Assembly (NCBI GenBank): GCA_965209155.1
Contig: OZ242383.1
Coordinates: forward strand, 1-64,000
DNA length: 64,000 nt
Origin: a bacterium
Lineage (GTDB): Bacteria > SAR324 > NAC60-12
Direction: 5' to 3'
The translations under genes were made by a program, and so were the position numbers. Shown here piece by piece: positions 59,451-64,000 of the stretch; the stretch's first letter is position 1, and each line of letters begins with the position of its first letter. The notes under the pieces are model-generated. The model worked only from the letters and a program-made list of their open reading frames with translations, was not told the origin of the DNA and ran no database searches.

Positions 59451-60456
59451 AACCTGATTTCGAGATAAGAATTCAATAAATTCAATATGTTATGGGAAAT
59501 ATACAGGGCAAATTATTGAGGATCATTTGAGTGAACTCTTGAGAATGAAAGCCAGAGCGATTCTCAGGGAAGCGTTGGAATTGGAGATGGAAGTATTCAT
59601 GAAGGAATATCAGTCCTATCGACTCTCGGATTGACGTCAGCGAGTGGTTCGTCATGGCTATCATCAAGACCGGGAGATTCAGACGAGAAAATTGATGAGG
59701 CAAAATATCCTAAAGCCACTCACTGCTTGATTAAAGATCAGGAGACCTTGATGGCCTTCTATGATTTCCCGGCAGAGCATTGGAGGCACCTGAGAACGAG
59801 CAATCCCATTGAATCCACCTTCGCTACTGTCAAACTGAGAACTGCAAAAGTCAGAGGCTGTTTCTCAAGAAATACCGTCTTAACGATGGCATTCAAATTA
59901 ATGGAATCTGCTCAGAAAAATTGGATCCGATTACACGGATATAAACGATTAGCCGAAGTGATAGAGGGAGTGAATTTGTCAATGGAATTCCTCAATACAG
60001 GATCGCCGCCTGAATTGCCATCCCCAGAATTTGACTATAACTCGCAATGACCTTGGCGGCTTTGAAGGTAGTAACACAAAGGTAACAACACCGATTTTTG
60101 CAGTTCGACAAATCGGTTGTCACTCACTAATTGGGGAAATTCTGCGCGAAGATGACTAGAAACATATTCGCGATAATATGATTTCAACTCCCGATAATGG
60201 GATTGATGAAAATGAATCAAAATCGTCATGACTTCACTCGGAGATAAACTCGATGCTTTCAAACGCCGTTTTTCTCCATAGTGCCATTGTTGTCGATGTC
60301 ATCAGGGTAGAAATATTTGACAAAAATCATCGACATCACAGAAAAGTTCTAATAACTTATTCATGGTATCTCCTTGGATATGAGTGTTGTTTTATTTTTT
60401 ATTGCTCATATCCTTTTTCAGGAGGTACTGCAAAATCCTTATCTCGAACTCAGGCT
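59451..60456 (-). mobile_element. Decayed IS982-family element with a nested IS256 remnant
   Basis: TIRs AACCTGATTTCGAGATAAG / CTTATCTCGAACTCAGGCT; transposase N-terminus [19 protein letters not shown]...NRFVEL at 60035..60262. Confidence 0.75.
59631..60050 (+). pseudogene. IS256-family transposase fragment
   Basis: KYPKATHCL...FYDFPAEHWRHLRTSNPIESTF. Confidence 0.85.
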
Positions 60457-60658
60457 AAACATTCGCAAATCAATTACGGTTTTATTTGCAATTTCAAAAT
60501 AAATGATCAAACTGGGGAAGTTTTATTCCTTTTGATTAAAAACAAAAATTTTGCCGACTATATCCAGTGAGTAGAAAACGCAAATAATCGAAATCGGCAA
60601 AACCGATTACCAGAAAAAACCATATTTCATGGTTTTTAAATATTTTGAATGTTAAGCA

Positions 60659-61081
60659 ATGACAAACCGCGAAGAAGAATTATCCTGGGAAAACTTTTCT
60701 TCTTATGAAGAACAGCTTCAGCATGAAAAATGGCATGAGAAAAGGGCGGAAATCATATCTATTCAAAAGCGTTGTCAGTTTTGTGGAACGTCCGACCGCT
60801 TGCAAGTCCATCATAAACGTTACATTCGGGGTCGGGTGGCATGGGATTATGATAATTCCAATTTTGAACTTTTATGTGCCGATTGCCACGAAGAAAAACA
60901 CATTGAAGAAGAGGTCAAACGTGCCACACGCTATTTTTACAAAGGACGAGCATGGAGTAAGGAACAAATTGACGCAAAAGAACACTTGAAAGAAGAATTT
61001 ATTGATAACCTGTTGAATTGGATTATTCCAATTGTGCTGTTTCTTATATTCATTGTCTTTTTGTATTGGATAATCACATAA
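60659..61081 (+). CDS. HNH-like endonuclease with C-terminal transmembrane helix
   Basis: CQFC...LQVHHKRY...LLCADCH; tail WIIPIVLFLIFIVFLYWII. Confidence 0.75.
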   Translation: MTNREEELSWENFSSYEEQLQHEKWHEKRAEIISIQKRCQFCGTSDRLQVHHKRYIRGRVAWDYDNSNFELLCADCHEEKHIEEEVKRATRYFYKGRAWSKEQIDAKEHLKEEFIDNLLNWIIPIVLFLIFIVFLYWIIT

Positions 61082-61229
61082 ATCTTATGGTCGTGACAAA
61101 GCCTCTTACATTTTCCTTATCACTGTGGTTATGAATTCATGTTTGGGGAAGCCTCAGTAGACGTGGATTTCGTCCATTGATCCATTTTGAAGAAATGACT
61201 CCAACTCTTGAAATAAATGGTGCGTTTAT

Positions 61230-61335
61230 AAAAAATTGTAGTGCCAAGTGCTGAAGACTACACGCAAATGGGTTACCCTGATTTGTGGACGGAAAAGTGT
61301 TTTTTATCTTGCAAATTCCTCTAATGAGTGACCCC
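61230..61335. repeat. ~105-bp dispersed repeat, copy B
   Basis: Matches 54459-54562. Confidence 0.85.
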
Positions 61336-61397
61336 ATTTTCGATTCACTATGTTTACTAACTTTGAATGCTACTTAAGATATTGTCATTCGCGCCAA

Positions 61398-61552
61398 TCA
61401 TCGGAAAGCCGTATTAAGGAAAACTTCACGTACGGATTGATGAGGGGGCGGCAGAAATAGAATTATGGTCTACCTAAACGGGCACGAAGCTGGAAACAGA
61501 GGATACGCTGCCAAGGAATACCTAAGATACCTACGCCACTGCTCTACTCTAC
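61398..61552 (+). ncRNA. Group II intron 3' remnant (domains V and VI)
   Basis: AAAGCCGTATTAAGGAAAACTTCACGTACGGATTGATGAGGGGG (AGC triad, DV) ... CTCTACTCTAC end; no RT. Confidence 0.8.
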
Positions 61553-62040
61553 AGCGTGAAAACGTGGTGGCCTATTTGCCTAAATCGCAGTAAAGCGCAT
61601 TTCGCCAGAAACTGCAAAAGGCCTACAATCAGTGGGTCTACAAAGATGCCAAACGAGCTCTCAATAGAGTAAGAATAGAATTGAAGCTGATCAATCTTTC
61701 CGCTGTGAACAGTTTGCAAGAAGGGCAGGAGAAAACACTTACGCTCCATCGCCTTGGTTTGGCGGAAAAGCTCTCAGTGAGCTTCAGAACGACCAATTGT
61801 ATTTAATCTCTCAATCGACAGTTAGAAATTTTTACCGGACGAGTGAGTTATTGGCAGAATAGTAAACAGCGACAACGCTGGGTGGCAACTGCTTTATTGG
61901 AGATTGAAGGCAATCTCAGAAGAGTGAAGGGCTATAAACATCTCGTTCAGCTCAAAGAAGCAATGGCGAATGTCAATCAAATGAATAAAAAAGCAGCGTG
62001 TGTGTCGTTAAATATTTCAACTAGAATTGGGATTGAGCCG
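61553..62040 (+). pseudogene. IS256-family transposase C-terminal fragment and right end
   Basis: RENVVAYLP..., SFRTTNCI then stop, RQRWVATALLEIE...RVKGYKHL. Confidence 0.75.
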
Positions 62041-62058
62041 TCTTTTCACTCACTTACC

Positions 62059-62661
62059 TCACAATGAACAAGAAACTATTATTACTACGATTACTATTGG
62101 TGGTATCAATTCCGCTAGACGGGGTAGCTGCACCGAAAAATACTCCCATGTTGGTAATTGTAGGGACGGAATAATGTCTTCAGCTACCAGTCTTACAATA
62201 ATTCTCCAACAGAAAACTAGAATCCCCCATAGGATTTCCAGTGTCGCGCCAATAGATGGGCCTAGTGACATAAGCAACAGATACACCTCTGGATACGTTT
62301 CGTACTTCTCAGTAACAATTCTCCGCGACCATGAAATTAATCCGGACGCAATGTAGCATGTTCCTTCTCCGCCATTTTTCCAAAATTGGAATACCTCATA
62401 GATCGTGGCAAGAGTAATTAGTAGTGGACCCAGAAATACGTTCAAAATCACCAAAGGATAAAATGCAATGGAGGCAGAAGGTTGGCCAATATTCAATAAA
62501 TGAACCAATAAATCTATCGGGAACGCAATTAGCGAATGCAATATAAGGTAGCCGAATACAAAAAATGCCCGTTTACAGATCCACCTATAGTGTAATCTAA
62601 ACCAAGGTACAAGGCATATCAGCATTGTTAATGGCACAAGAATTGAAACGAACATTTGCAC
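62059..62661 (-). CDS. Hypothetical membrane protein
   Basis: 200 aa, multiple hydrophobic segments, AT-rich. Confidence 0.5.
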   Translation of the reverse strand: MQMFVSILVPLTMLICLVPWFRLHYRWICKRAFFVFGYLILHSLIAFPIDLLVHLLNIGQPSASIAFYPLVILNVFLGPLLITLATIYEVFQFWKNGGEGTCYIASGLISWSRRIVTEKYETYPEVYLLLMSLGPSIGATLEILWGILVFCWRIIVRLVAEDIIPSLQLPTWEYFSVQLPRLAELIPPIVIVVIIVSCSL

Positions 62662-62767
62662 GCCTATCCACTGATTGGCAGGGAAATCCGCTTGCTACTG
62701 CGATTGACAAACAGGTGTGTCGATCGGCGTTGAAGAATGATCCTCAAATTGGTTTGCAATATTGACC

Positions 62768-63637
62768 TCAATCTACGACCAGATGTTGCAACTCGGCAGC
62801 GCGCAGGGTCTCGGCGACTGCCACCTCGACTGCATAAAATAGGTGGTAGCCTGCCATTTTTTTGGCCAGCATTCCACTGTCGTCATCGTCGAACACGATA
62901 AAATCACGAACCAGTGAAAGGATGCGGCGCGGCTCGCAAATACCTTCCAGCATCATCTGCAATTGGGGCAGGTGAGCAGCAGCCAGCCTCTCACCCGATA
63001 TGGTACGCCAGGGTTTGAACCATTCCCGCCCCGCGGTGAGTGTACCGACCCGCGCCTCCACTTCGTCCGAGACCACCTGGGACGTATTCATGGCAAATTT
63101 GTAGGTCTGGAATTGCTGCCAGGCGGTCCAGATCGTCGCCTTCTCGACTGACGGGTTCTTCAGTTCAATTAGGCACAGGGGCAAGCCGTTGACGAACAGC
63201 ACTAGGTCGAGTCGACGTTCGTGTTTGTTCTCGACCAGAGTGAACTGGTTGACCGCAAGCCAGTCGTTGTTGGCAAGATTGTCGAAGTCGACCACGCGAA
63301 CCTGCAGACCCCGGATTCCCCCGTTGTCGACACGATGTATGACGGTGACCCAATCCACGATCATGCGGTGGAACGAACGGTTGCGGATTTCGAGCGTTGC
63401 ACCTTCCGCGCGAATCAGCTTGCGGAAAGCATCGTCCCTCGCCGCGCTCGGAATATCCGGATTGAGCGGGGCCAGCGCATCACGCAGACGTCTTTCCAGC
63501 ACAACCTGCCCATAGTCGAAACGTTTCGCAGTGAGGGTGCCGGGGGCGATGTCGAATCCCCGAACAATCCTCCAGCCCAGTCTCTCGAGCCAACCGAGCG
63601 CGCTCTGTTCTACGTCGGATTCGGTGATGGTGGTCAT
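62768..63637 (-). pseudogene. hsdR: Type I restriction enzyme R subunit, N-terminal fragment
   Basis: [35 protein letters not shown]; ends before the helicase motifs. Confidence 0.85.
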
Positions 63638-63781
63638 GGGAATGTTCCGTTGCTCATGCCGCGAGTTCCTCCAGCACCTCCTCACGCTTGCTCCACATCA
63701 CGGGTCTCACATTGTAGTTTTGTAGCGCGTCCATTATGACCTGCGATACCACCTGATCCGAATCATTTAGAAACCGTTTGG

Positions 63782-64000
63782 TTAAATAAGACACTTTGCT
63801 AAGGTCACTTTGATCATGGCAATACGAATCATATTTTCAGCAGTGTTTGTGAGGATTTCAAAATCTTTGGATAGTCTTCTGAATCCGCCGAACCAAGCGA
63901 ATGTGCGCTCGACAACCCACCGTTTTTTCAAGAGGACCCACTGGCCCTTGATTCCTTTAACGATGTCGAGTTTCAGTCCCAATACCTTTTCCACAAATTC
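63782..64000 (-). mobile_element. IS5-family transposase C-terminus (continues beyond the window)
   Basis: KKRWVVERTFAWFGGFRRLSKDFE. Confidence 0.85.

Overview
Bacterial chromosomal window, probably a Deltaproteobacteria/SAR324-like organism (inferred from protein style, not established). Housekeeping and metabolic genes (menA, tRNA-Leu, hpf, serS, ABC exporters, peptide ABC importers, acetoacetate-CoA ligase, scpB, an SPFH/NfeD operon, oxidoreductases) lie among many small repeats and decayed mobile elements. Three features stand out. (1) Nine copies, including three head-to-tail dimers, of a ~568-bp transposase-less element with IS200/IS605-type terminal hairpins; it carries a four-helix-bundle (IVP/bAvd-like) gene inside a hexamer-built inverted repeat. 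(2) A ~950-nt apparently non-coding array of five ~200-nt structured units (A-B-A-B-A) with covarying hairpins, a candidate promoter and a terminator (25.1-26.1 kb). (3) A translationally coupled operon of a DUF6884-like/DpdA-like transglycosylase, a NurA-like nuclease and a HerA-like ATPase (47.7-53.05 kb) at the edge of a defence/IS graveyard. Also present: integron-like attC sites without an integrase, several toxin-antitoxin modules, IS1595, IS982, IS256, IS5 and RAYT remnants, a group II intron 3' remnant, and an Rpn-like gene with an internal RBS. Several frameshifts fall in homopolymers and may be sequencing errors. All family assignments come from motif recognition, not database searches.
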